Positions 54,310 through 62,561 of a DNA stretch of 64,000 nt are shown here, piece after piece. The stretch is from Pirellulales bacterium (GTDB lineage Bacteria; Planctomycetota; Planctomycetia; Pirellulales; JAEUIK01), in NCBI GenBank assembly GCA_050184475.1, contig JBFXAH010000001.1, positions 59,604 through 123,603 of the forward strand, in the 5' to 3' direction. The translations under genes and the position numbers were made by a program. The first letter of the stretch is position 1. Each line of letters starts with the position of its first letter. The notes below the pieces were generated by a model. The model saw only the letters and a program-made list of their open reading frames with translations, did not search any database and had not been told where the DNA came from.

Positions 54310-54366
54310 CCCTCACCCGCCAGCGACGATTGCCTCGTCGCTGGCACCCTCCCACAGGGGTGAGGG
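54310..54366. other. Two-tier hairpin in the intergenic region
   Basis: Outer stem ccctcaccc (54310-54318) / gggtgaggg (54358-54366). Inner perfect 11-bp stem gccagcgacga (54319-54329) / tcgtcgctggc (54335-54345) with loop ttgcc. Confidence 0.7.
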
Positions 54367-54710
54367 TATCCGCACGCCGGCAAAATTTGTGGCCGGGGTC
54401 TGCGACGTCTGCGACCCCGGACCGGCCTCGCAGAGGCTGGTCCGGGGAAACCATTTTCGACACCCCGGCGTCGAATTATTGTTAGCTACGCGGCGATGGT
54501 CCCGAGTCGAACGCGTTTGAGCTGGGTGTCCGGCCCTGGGCCGGTCGGCCGGTTCCTGCTCGGTGCAGCCACGAATAAGCTCAATTTGCGGCCGCGACGA
54601 CGAATAACCTTTAACCATGGCGGGGTGGCGGGCGGCCTGATGCCGCGCCACAGCGACTGCGCTGGGGGCCGTCGCGGCTCGGCGAACGATCCAGGATCAG
54701 AAATGGGGTC

Positions 54711-57700
54711 ATGGTGATGCTCCACCAAGAACATGGCTTCGAGGCAGCTTCCGGTTCTGGATTTGGTGCCACTGCTGGCTTGCCCAGCAGTAAGAAGTGC
54801 GAACCAGCACTGCTCGACGTGCTTACCGCGGCACCAAGCGTCGTCTCGAGTTCAGATTTGCAACCGCGGCTGCGCACGGCACGAACCGCCAGCCTGTTGT
54901 GCTGCCTGTGGTTGTCGCTGCTGGGCGTGGCGCGGGCCGACGATCAACCGATCGCCGACGACGACATCCCCGCGGTGCTGCAACCGTGGAAAGCGTGGGT
55001 CACCTGGCCCGACCATGAGGTGCCCTGCCCGCGGCCGTTCAACGCGGCCGATCAGCGGATTTGTTTCTGGCCGTCGCAGTTGTCGCTCGTGGTCGAGCAG
55101 GGGAAAGCGAACTGGACGATCGACGTCAACGTCTTCGACGACACGTGGGTGCCGCTGCCGGGGAGCGCGGAGACCTGGCCGCAAAACGTGCGCGTCGATG
55201 GCCAACCGATCGCGGTGCTGCCGCGCGACGGCAAGCCGTTTGTGCGGCTGCCGGCCGGCAAGCAACAGTTGGCCGGCGAGTTTCAGTGGAACGAAATGCC
55301 GCAGCGCATCGCGATCCCCCAGCAGGTCGGCATCTTGTCGCTGACCGTCGACGGCCAGGCGATCGAGCAGCCTAACTGGGACGCCAGCGGCGACGTGTGG
55401 CTGAAACGGCAGCGCGCCGAGGCCGAGCAGAAAGACTTGCTGGCAGCCCGCGTCTATCGGGTCATCGAAGATGGCGTGCCGATCTGGCTGCGGACGCGGA
55501 TCGAGCTGGCGGTGTCGGGCAAGAGTCGCGAAGAATCGCTCGGCTGGATTCTGCCCGAGGGGTGGGAACTGTCGTATGTCGAAAGCCCGATTCCCGTGGC
55601 GGTCGATCAGCAAGGGCGCGTCAAAGCGCAAGTCCGCGCTGGCAAGTGGACGATCGCGATCGACGCCTTTCGCACGACCGACCTGGAGGAGTTTCGCTAT
55701 CCGCCCGACGCCGAGCCGATCGCGCCGGTGGAACTGATCGGCTGGCGAGCCCGGCCCAAGTTGCGTTCGGCCGAGTTGACCGGCATTCAGGCCGTCGACG
55801 TGACGCAAACGACCTTTCCCGACGATTGGCGCGCGCTGCCGGTTTACGAATGGCCGACCGACACCTCATTCAAGCTCGTCGAAAAGTTGCGCGGCATGGG
55901 GGACCTGCACCCACCGGGCTTGACCATCGAGCGACGCTTCTGGCTCGACGACGATGGCGATGGGCTGACTTATCGCGATTCGCTGAGCGGACCGATGCAG
56001 CAGATCTGGCGATTGGATGTCGCCGACGGCGTCGAGCTGGGCGCGGTGCGCATCGACGGTCAAGGGCAGTTGGTGACGATCAATCCGCAGACCGGCGCGC
56101 ACGGCGTCGAGATTCGCAATCGCAATCTGCAAATGGACGCCATCGGCCGCATCGGCCAAACGCAGCAATGGTTGGCCACGGGCTGGAACACACCCGCCGA
56201 TTCGCTGCAGTTGACGATGAATCTGCCGCCGGGCTGGCGCGTACTGGCGGTGTTGGGGGCCGACCAGGTCGACGGCGACTGGCTCACCGCCTGGACACTG
56301 CTCGACCTGTTCGTGCTGTTGATCTTTTCGATGGCGCTGGTGCGCCTGCTGGGCTGGTCCGCCGGGCTGTTGGCGCTGTTGGCGCTGGGGCTGGCGTATC
56401 ACGAACCGGGTGCGCCGCGCTATACATGGCTGTTTCTGCTGCTACCCGTGGCGCTGTTGCGAGTGATGCCCGCGGGGGTTGGCCGGCGGATTGTCGCCGC
56501 CTGGAAGTACGCGGCGCTGTTGCTGTTGGCGCTGCTGTTGGTGCCGTTTTTGGCCCAGCAGGTGCAGACGGCGATCTATCCGCAACTGGAGCGCCCGGGG
56601 ACGCCATACAGCCGCTGGTTTGTATTTCCCGCGCTGCATGCGGACGTGCGCACCGAACTCTCGCAGGTCGGTGGGGCGACGGAAGACTTTCTTGCCAGCT
56701 CCATGGGCGGTCAAGAAGCACCGGCCGCCAATGAGCGCGGGCGGGTTGCCGCCGTTAAGGAGAACCTGAAGTACGACGCGACCGCCAAGATTCAAACGGG
56801 GCCGGCCGAACCAGATTGGACCTGGAACCAGGTTTCCTGCCGGTGGAATGGCCCGGTGGGGGCCGATCAACAGATTCGGCCGATCTTGATTTCGTTGTTC
56901 TGGCATCGCGTGCTGACCGTGGCCCGCGTGGTGTTGCTGTTGGCGCTGGTGGCGACGCTGTTGCGTGGCGGGCGCGGCGATGGCAGCAAGCCAGGCGGAT
57001 CGCGAGGCTGGATCGGCTGGTTTTCCCGGCGCGGTTCCGCTACTGCCGCCGGCGCGCTGGTCGCGATCTGTTTGCTGGTGCCGGCGACATGCCGCGCGCA
57101 AGAGGCCACCCCGCCGGTAGCGCCGATCCCCGACGCCCAACTGCTCGACACCTTGCGCCAGCGGCTGCAAGCGACATCCGACGCGTTTCCGCACGCCGCC
57201 GAAATCGCGACGACCAAGCTGCAGGTTCGCGAGGGGCGGATCACCATCGAGTCGGAAGTTCACGCCGCGGTCGAAGTCGCGGTGCCGCTGCCGGGGCGAT
57301 TGCCGACCTGGTCGCCCGTGTCGGTGCAGCTCGACGGCGAAACGAACAACGTGGCAGTCTGCCGCCGCGATGGCTACCTGTGGGCCATCGTCCCCTCGGG
57401 CGTGCATCGCGTGGTCGTCGAAGGATTGCTGGCCGAGAGCAGCGAGTGGGAGTGGACCTTCTTGCTGCAGCCGCGCCACGTGACGATCGACGCTCCGGAT
57501 TGGAACGTCACCGGCGTGGGGAACAACGGCGTTCCCGAGAAGCAAGTCTTCTTCGCGCGCAAACAGCAGGCCGACGACAGCCAGGCCGCTTACGACCGCA
57601 AAGATTTTCACGCCGTCGTGGCGGTCGAGCGGCAACTCGAAGTGGGGTTGGTGTGGCGCGTGCACAACACCGTGACGCGGCTATCGTCGCCGGGCAAGGC

Positions 57701-58988
57701 GATCTCGTTGAAGCTGCCGCTCCTCGAAGGAGAGAGCGTGCTGACGGCGAACCTCGACGAGCAAGCCGGGCAGATCGAAGTGCGGTTGGCCGCCGGCGAA
57801 ACGAGCTTCGAGTGGGATAGCGAGTTGTCGGCCGCGGCGCAGATTCGGCTCGTCGCGCAAAACAACGAGCAGTGGGTCGAGCGCTGGCAATTGATCGCCT
57901 CGCCGGTGTGGGACGTCGCCCTGGCAGGCTTGCCGCCGGTGTTCGATGCCGAGCAGCCGTTGTTGATTCCGACGTGGCAGCCCTGGCCGGGCGAAGAGGT
58001 GACGCTGGCGTTCAAGCAGCCGTTGGCCGTCGCCGGCGAAACCGTGACCGTGCAGAACGTCTACCACGAAACGTCGCTGGGAGACCGACAACGCACGGGG
58101 CGCCTGCAACTGAGCCTGGAGTGCAGCCTGGGGAGCGACTTCGCCATCGCGCTTAACCCCAAGGCCGAGATCACGTCGCTGAAACTCGACGGCCGTGAAC
58201 TGCCGGTGCGGCGCGACGGCGAGCATTTGATCGTTTCGGTCCATCCGGGGAAACAAGTGGTGGAAGCCGCCTGGCGCGAAGCCGACGTGCTCGACACGGT
58301 CGCCCAGGCCGACGCGATCGAACTGCCGGTCGACGGCGCCAACATCAACACCACGATCTATGTGCCGGAGAACCGCTGGGTGCTATGGGCCGAGGGACCG
58401 CAGCGCGGCCCGGCGGTTCGCTTTTGGGTGGTGCTGGCCGTGGCCTTGCTGGCGGCGCTGGTTTTGGGGAGCGTGAGCTTGTCCCCCTTGGGGCGCATCG
58501 AGTGGGTCTTGCTGGCCATCGGCTTGACGCAGGTGAACGTGGCGGCGGCGATCGTCGTGGTCGTCTGGCTGTTTTTGCTGGCATGGCGCGGCAGCCGGAG
58601 CCCCGACGATCTGCCGACGGTGGGCTTCAACCTGCTGCAAATGGCGTTGGTGCTGTTGACCGTGGCCTCGCTGGTGATCTTCGTCGTCGTGGCCAGCAAA
58701 GGCCTGCTCGGTCAGCCGGAGATGTTCATCGTCGGCAACTATTCGACGCGGACGAATTTGCAGTGGTTTCAGCCGCGGTCGGGGGAGTCGCTCCCCCAAC
58801 CGTACGTGGTTTCGATTTCGGTGTGGTTCTATCGCTACGCCATGCTGGCCTGGGCGCTCTGGCTGACCGCCGCGCTCTTGAAGTGGCTGGCGCGGGGGTG
58901 GCGCCATTTCACGCACGACGGCGCCTGGAAGCACGCGCCCGAGCCGGCGAAGGTCTCTCCGCCGCCGCTGGCAACGCCCGACAAGTGA
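54711..58988 (+). CDS. Large hypothetical membrane protein (1425 aa) made of two similar modules, each a beta-rich exoplasmic region plus a TM cluster
   Basis: Long ORF with coding-like composition. Signal-like LRTARTASLLCCLWLSLLGVARA|DD; an alternative TTG start at 54858 would place it at the N-terminus. TM clusters at about aa 515-640 and 1260-1400. A second signal-like segment is AAGALVAICLLVPATCRAQE. No family recognised. Confidence 0.7.
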   Translation: MVMLHQEHGFEAASGSGFGATAGLPSSKKCEPALLDVLTAAPSVVSSSDLQPRLRTARTASLLCCLWLSLLGVARADDQPIADDDIPAVLQPWKAWVTWPDHEVPCPRPFNAADQRICFWPSQLSLVVEQGKANWTIDVNVFDDTWVPLPGSAETWPQNVRVDGQPIAVLPRDGKPFVRLPAGKQQLAGEFQWNEMPQRIAIPQQVGILSLTVDGQAIEQPNWDASGDVWLKRQRAEAEQKDLLAARVYRVIEDGVPIWLRTRIELAVSGKSREESLGWILPEGWELSYVESPIPVAVDQQGRVKAQVRAGKWTIAIDAFRTTDLEEFRYPPDAEPIAPVELIGWRARPKLRSAELTGIQAVDVTQTTFPDDWRALPVYEWPTDTSFKLVEKLRGMGDLHPPGLTIERRFWLDDDGDGLTYRDSLSGPMQQIWRLDVADGVELGAVRIDGQGQLVTINPQTGAHGVEIRNRNLQMDAIGRIGQTQQWLATGWNTPADSLQLTMNLPPGWRVLAVLGADQVDGDWLTAWTLLDLFVLLIFSMALVRLLGWSAGLLALLALGLAYHEPGAPRYTWLFLLLPVALLRVMPAGVGRRIVAAWKYAALLLLALLLVPFLAQQVQTAIYPQLERPGTPYSRWFVFPALHADVRTELSQVGGATEDFLASSMGGQEAPAANERGRVAAVKENLKYDATAKIQTGPAEPDWTWNQVSCRWNGPVGADQQIRPILISLFWHRVLTVARVVLLLALVATLLRGGRGDGSKPGGSRGWIGWFSRRGSATAAGALVAICLLVPATCRAQEATPPVAPIPDAQLLDTLRQRLQATSDAFPHAAEIATTKLQVREGRITIESEVHAAVEVAVPLPGRLPTWSPVSVQLDGETNNVAVCRRDGYLWAIVPSGVHRVVVEGLLAESSEWEWTFLLQPRHVTIDAPDWNVTGVGNNGVPEKQVFFARKQQADDSQAAYDRKDFHAVVAVERQLEVGLVWRVHNTVTRLSSPGKAISLKLPLLEGESVLTANLDEQAGQIEVRLAAGETSFEWDSELSAAAQIRLVAQNNEQWVERWQLIASPVWDVALAGLPPVFDAEQPLLIPTWQPWPGEEVTLAFKQPLAVAGETVTVQNVYHETSLGDRQRTGRLQLSLECSLGSDFAIALNPKAEITSLKLDGRELPVRRDGEHLIVSVHPGKQVVEAAWREADVLDTVAQADAIELPVDGANINTTIYVPENRWVLWAEGPQRGPAVRFWVVLAVALLAALVLGSVSLSPLGRIEWVLLAIGLTQVNVAAAIVVVVWLFLLAWRGSRSPDDLPTVGFNLLQMALVLLTVASLVIFVVVASKGLLGQPEMFIVGNYSTRTNLQWFQPRSGESLPQPYVVSISVWFYRYAMLAWALWLTAALLKWLARGWRHFTHDGAWKHAPEPAKVSPPPLATPDK

Positions 58989-59061
58989 CGCGACGCACGG
59001 TACCGAGTCGTTGCTCCTCGCCGCAGCGCCGCGGCGGCGGCACCCGCCGCGTCGACAACGC

Positions 59062-61668
59062 CTAGCGCGGCCGCCGAGAGAAGACGAACCACTTACCGTC
59101 GGGAGACCACGTCGGCTCGCGGCAGTTCACGTTCCCCCCGGGGAGCAACTGGGGAGGCGACGTTCCTTCCACGTCGAGCAGATAGATCAAGCCATCGATG
59201 GTGATTGCCAATTGCGTTCCATCGGGCGACCAGTTGATGTGCTTCGCGAGGCCGCTGTCGTGCGCGTAGCGGACCCTCGCTGTGGCAGGCACCTGATTCA
59301 TGTCGACGATGAACAGTTCACGCACCTGTGCCCCGCTGCGCCGGGCAGTGAAAGCGATGTGATTGCCATCGCGCGACCAATCGAAGCCGTGCGGGAATTC
59401 GTCGAACGACAGGTCCACGAGCTCCTGTTCCGTACTGTCAGCCAGCTTGAAGATCTTGATCGTCCGACGGTCGGTAAACACGAATCTCGTGCCGTCGGGC
59501 GACCAACGTGCGCAACCCCCCGCGGTGAGCCGCTTGCGTCCCGCGCCGTCCTGAAGCCAGATGCTGCCTTGATCCTGAAAGATCAACTGCTCGTCGTCGG
59601 GCGACCAGTCGGGCATGGCTTCGGCGCCCAACTCCTGAAGTCCGCTGCCGTCGACATTGACGACGAAGAAGCGGCGCTTTCGCTCATCGGGCGTCACCGC
59701 GTCGAAAACCAGTCGCTGGCCGTCGTGCGACCAGCGTGGCGAGCCGTGAAACGCGTAACCGTCGACCGAAACGACTTTTCGCGCCTCGGTCCCGTCGGCT
59801 TTCATGACGTAAATGCCTGTTTCGCCGGCCTGCCCCGACGCCTTGCCCGAGGTCTCGTTCGGCAGGGGGGCGGCGAATGGAGCCGTAAGTTTCAGGTGCT
59901 CGAATTTCGCGGCAAATTCCTCGGCGGTGGTATTGATGGCCAGCACGCCCACTTTCAAGGTTTCGGCCAGATTCAATTCTTCGCGATGAATCCGCTCCCA
60001 ATTCTCGCCATCCTCGCTGGCCTCGAACGTGAAGAGGTTTTCCGTTCGCGTCACTCGCAGATGGACGGCCCGGTTGGAGATATCGTGGTGGGCAAACGGC
60101 GTGGACTTCCCATCCGCGAACCGCTCTACCCAGATGAACAGCGATTTGTCGTAGGCGGCTCGTTCCAGGCGAATGAAGTTCTTGTCGTCCTGCCAGAGCA
60201 ACAGGCCGGCGCTCACATAGCTGTAGGCGCCCCCCGAGCTCCGCTTGCCGGTCGGCAACGCAAACACGTCGACCTGGCCCTCCAGGGAGAAGCTGCCCGT
60301 TACGTCTTGGAGAATCCGGGGAGCGTTTCGCTTGCTGTAGCTTTCCGTATAGGTCAGGTCATGCCAGGTGTTGGGGACCGTGATCGTCACGCCATCGGCG
60401 TGCTCCTTGAACTGGCAATCGCCGTCGGGGTCGACCACGGTTCCAAAGCCCTTGATCTGCCTGGCTGCGTCCTGCTTGGCCTCGCCGGGTTCGGGGGCGG
60501 CGTCGCTCGGCCGGGGGGCTTCGTCACTCGCTTCGACCTCGACCGGGGTGCTGGCCGCCGGAGGGGCGGGCAACGTCGGCTCGCTGGCCGGTGGTTCGGC
60601 TCGTGCCGGCACCAGCACCGACGTGGCGGCGCCCAGCAACAACAAAACCCAGCACCAGTGGGAGACCCGCGACGTGCTGCGCGGGTCGGCGAGCATTTCG
60701 AAGCGCCGCCGGAGCGACCGCGACTCATCGAAGGTCACGGCCACGGCGAGTCGGCGGGGCTTGTGGTCGGCCACGAAATCGACGACGCGCAGCAAGGTTT
60801 GCGCGTATTGTTTGCGCAATCCCGAGAGCCGTTCGACGACCAGCGCGTCGCAACTCAGTTCGGCGGCGGCCGTCAATCGACGCCGCGCCAGCCAGGCCAG
60901 CGGATTCCACCACACGAGCATCGTGACACAGAATGCAAACGTGTTGGACCAATGATCGCGACGCGCGAAGTGGGCTAATTCGTGGGCCAGAATGCTGCGC
61001 ACTTCGTCGTCGTCGAGCACTTCGACCAGTGGCCCCGGCAGGATGATCACCGCTTGGCGCGGCGCGCCCCACAACATCGGCGTCACGTTCGCGTCGACCA
61101 CGATCACGGCCGGAGGATTCTTGACTCCTAGGGAGTCGGCAGCCTGTTTCAACAAGCTGGCAGCGCGATCCGCGTCGGGCGCGCAGCGCCGCACCTGCCG
61201 ATAAACGTCGCGACACCGCAGCAGCGCGACGAGCCCGAGCAGCCCCGACACGCCCAGGCTCAAGGCGATCGAACCCCACAGCCAGACGTTACCCGTCGGG
61301 GCCGCAACCGTCGGCGGCCCGGCAAGCGTTGGCGAGGCTCCCTGCTGGTCGTCCGGCGCTGGGGGCGCTACTCCGGCGGCGATCGGTGCATCATCGACCG
61401 CCAGCGCCGGGTAATCCGCCGGGTTGGCGAGCGCGGCGGCCGCGGGCGCGACCATGGCATCGCTGGGACCCGGCGCCGCTGGCGCCGGCAGTACCGCCAC
61501 GGAAACGAACGACGGCACGACGAGCTTCGCGAGCACGAGCAGCCACAGCAAATGGCCCAAAGCGGGCCGCTGCCTTAGCCAGTTCGTGCGATCGAGCAAC
61601 CCGACCGCCAGGTACAGCACCACGGCAACGGCAAGGCTCCACCCGACGAGCGTCATGGCGTTTGACAT
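59062..61668 (-). CDS. BlaR1/M56-family membrane metalloprotease-type signal transducer with C-terminal LamG/DUF1349-like and TolB-like (PD40) beta-propeller domains
   Basis: HELAHFARRDHW (M56 HExxH motif) after 3-4 TM segments. A beta-sandwich-like region follows (DPDGDCQFKEHADGVTITVP...NFIRLERAA...). Then repeated ..WSPDG..(L/I)(V/A)F.. blades: PRWSHDGQRLVF, ARWSPDGTRFVF, FDWSRDGNHIAF, INWSPDGTQLAI, PTWSPDGKWFVF. Confidence 0.85.
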   Translation of the reverse strand: MSNAMTLVGWSLAVAVVLYLAVGLLDRTNWLRQRPALGHLLWLLVLAKLVVPSFVSVAVLPAPAAPGPSDAMVAPAAAALANPADYPALAVDDAPIAAGVAPPAPDDQQGASPTLAGPPTVAAPTGNVWLWGSIALSLGVSGLLGLVALLRCRDVYRQVRRCAPDADRAASLLKQAADSLGVKNPPAVIVVDANVTPMLWGAPRQAVIILPGPLVEVLDDDEVRSILAHELAHFARRDHWSNTFAFCVTMLVWWNPLAWLARRRLTAAAELSCDALVVERLSGLRKQYAQTLLRVVDFVADHKPRRLAVAVTFDESRSLRRRFEMLADPRSTSRVSHWCWVLLLLGAATSVLVPARAEPPASEPTLPAPPAASTPVEVEASDEAPRPSDAAPEPGEAKQDAARQIKGFGTVVDPDGDCQFKEHADGVTITVPNTWHDLTYTESYSKRNAPRILQDVTGSFSLEGQVDVFALPTGKRSSGGAYSYVSAGLLLWQDDKNFIRLERAAYDKSLFIWVERFADGKSTPFAHHDISNRAVHLRVTRTENLFTFEASEDGENWERIHREELNLAETLKVGVLAINTTAEEFAAKFEHLKLTAPFAAPLPNETSGKASGQAGETGIYVMKADGTEARKVVSVDGYAFHGSPRWSHDGQRLVFDAVTPDERKRRFFVVNVDGSGLQELGAEAMPDWSPDDEQLIFQDQGSIWLQDGAGRKRLTAGGCARWSPDGTRFVFTDRRTIKIFKLADSTEQELVDLSFDEFPHGFDWSRDGNHIAFTARRSGAQVRELFIVDMNQVPATARVRYAHDSGLAKHINWSPDGTQLAITIDGLIYLLDVEGTSPPQLLPGGNVNCREPTWSPDGKWFVFSRRPR

Positions 61669-61676
61669 GTGATCCC

Positions 61677-62057
61677 TTACTGGCGAATGTTGGCGATCAG
61701 TTTTTCAATCGCGGCACGGTCCGCCTTGCTCAATTTCGCCTGACTCACAAGCGACATCAGCATGGGGACGAACGAGCCGTTGAAGTGGCTGGCCGCGATC
61801 CCTTGGAGTTGAAAGCCCACGAATTCCTCGCGAGACACGACGGCAAAGAACTGGTGAGCAAAGCCGGACTTGTCGACCTTGATGTACTGCTTTTCGATCA
61901 AACGATCGAGAAAGCTCTTCACCCCGCCGTGCAACGAGTGTTCGTGCCGGCCGTACATGGCCAGCACGATCTGGCGAACCGTGGCGCCATCCTGGCGGTC
62001 CCACAACACCTCCATGACCGATCGCTCGGCCGCGGTAATGTCTTCGCGAGGTTTCAC
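61677..62057 (-). CDS. BlaI/MecI/CopY family transcriptional repressor
   Basis: ITAAERSVMEVLWDRQDGATVRQIV...SFLDRLIEKQYIKVDKSG is a winged-helix penicillinase-repressor pattern. I prefer the GTG at 62057 (VKPREDITAAE...); the track ORF extends to 62135. The stop lies 8 nt before the BlaR1-like start. Confidence 0.75.
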   Translation of the reverse strand: MKPREDITAAERSVMEVLWDRQDGATVRQIVLAMYGRHEHSLHGGVKSFLDRLIEKQYIKVDKSGFAHQFFAVVSREEFVGFQLQGIAASHFNGSFVPMLMSLVSQAKLSKADRAAIEKLIANIRQ

Positions 62058-62127
62058 GTTTCGTCCCGTTTCCACAGCTCTTGGTCGAGGCATTCCACGA
62101 CACGGTCGACTCGCAGGCCGGTGTCTG

Positions 62128-62166
62128 TCATGCAAGTTGCCTGAGATTGTAATGCATCGTGCATGA
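62128..62166 (-). promoter_or_regulatory. Cluster of ATGCA/TGCAT half-sites upstream of the BlaI-like gene; possible operator
   Basis: tcatgca (62128-62134) and tgcatga (62160-62166) are reverse complements. The palindrome atgcat sits at 62152-57. The cluster is 70-110 nt upstream of the proposed start. Confidence 0.3.
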
Positions 62167-62213
62167 GAGTCAAGCGCGTTTTTATCGCCCGCTTGCGCGC
62201 ACCTTGGGGACGG

Positions 62214-62561
62214 CTATTGGGCGTCCGATTGTCGGCGCGAAAGCACGATCGTGACCAGCAACGACGAGCTCTCCAAAGCATGCAGCGAATGCTCGCTGCC
62301 CCCTGCGAGGTAGAGGAACGAGCCGCTCGTCAGCAGATGCTGCACCGAGCCCACTCCGAACTCGACCTGGCCTTCGAGGCATTGGACCGTGATCTCGCCC
62401 GCAACGGCATGCGGGGGAATCTGCTTGCCGGCGCTCATAACGACGCGAATGACCTCGAGCGACTGGGTCTTCACAATCGTCTGCGTCTTGGCGTCGACGA
62501 GTTGCGCGCCCAAGGGGCGCACGTCGATCACTTGTCCGGCTTGGGCATGAGGGATCGCCAT
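62214..62561 (-). CDS. Cupin domain protein
   Basis: 115-aa product MAIPHAQAGQVIDVRPL...GKQIPPHAVAGEITVQCLEGQVEF...LYLAGGSEHSLHA, with cupin motifs (PxH...G...E and H near the end). Its ATG shares one nt with the TGA of the upstream qNOR gene. Confidence 0.7.
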   Translation of the reverse strand: MAIPHAQAGQVIDVRPLGAQLVDAKTQTIVKTQSLEVIRVVMSAGKQIPPHAVAGEITVQCLEGQVEFGVGSVQHLLTSGSFLYLAGGSEHSLHALESSSLLVTIVLSRRQSDAQ

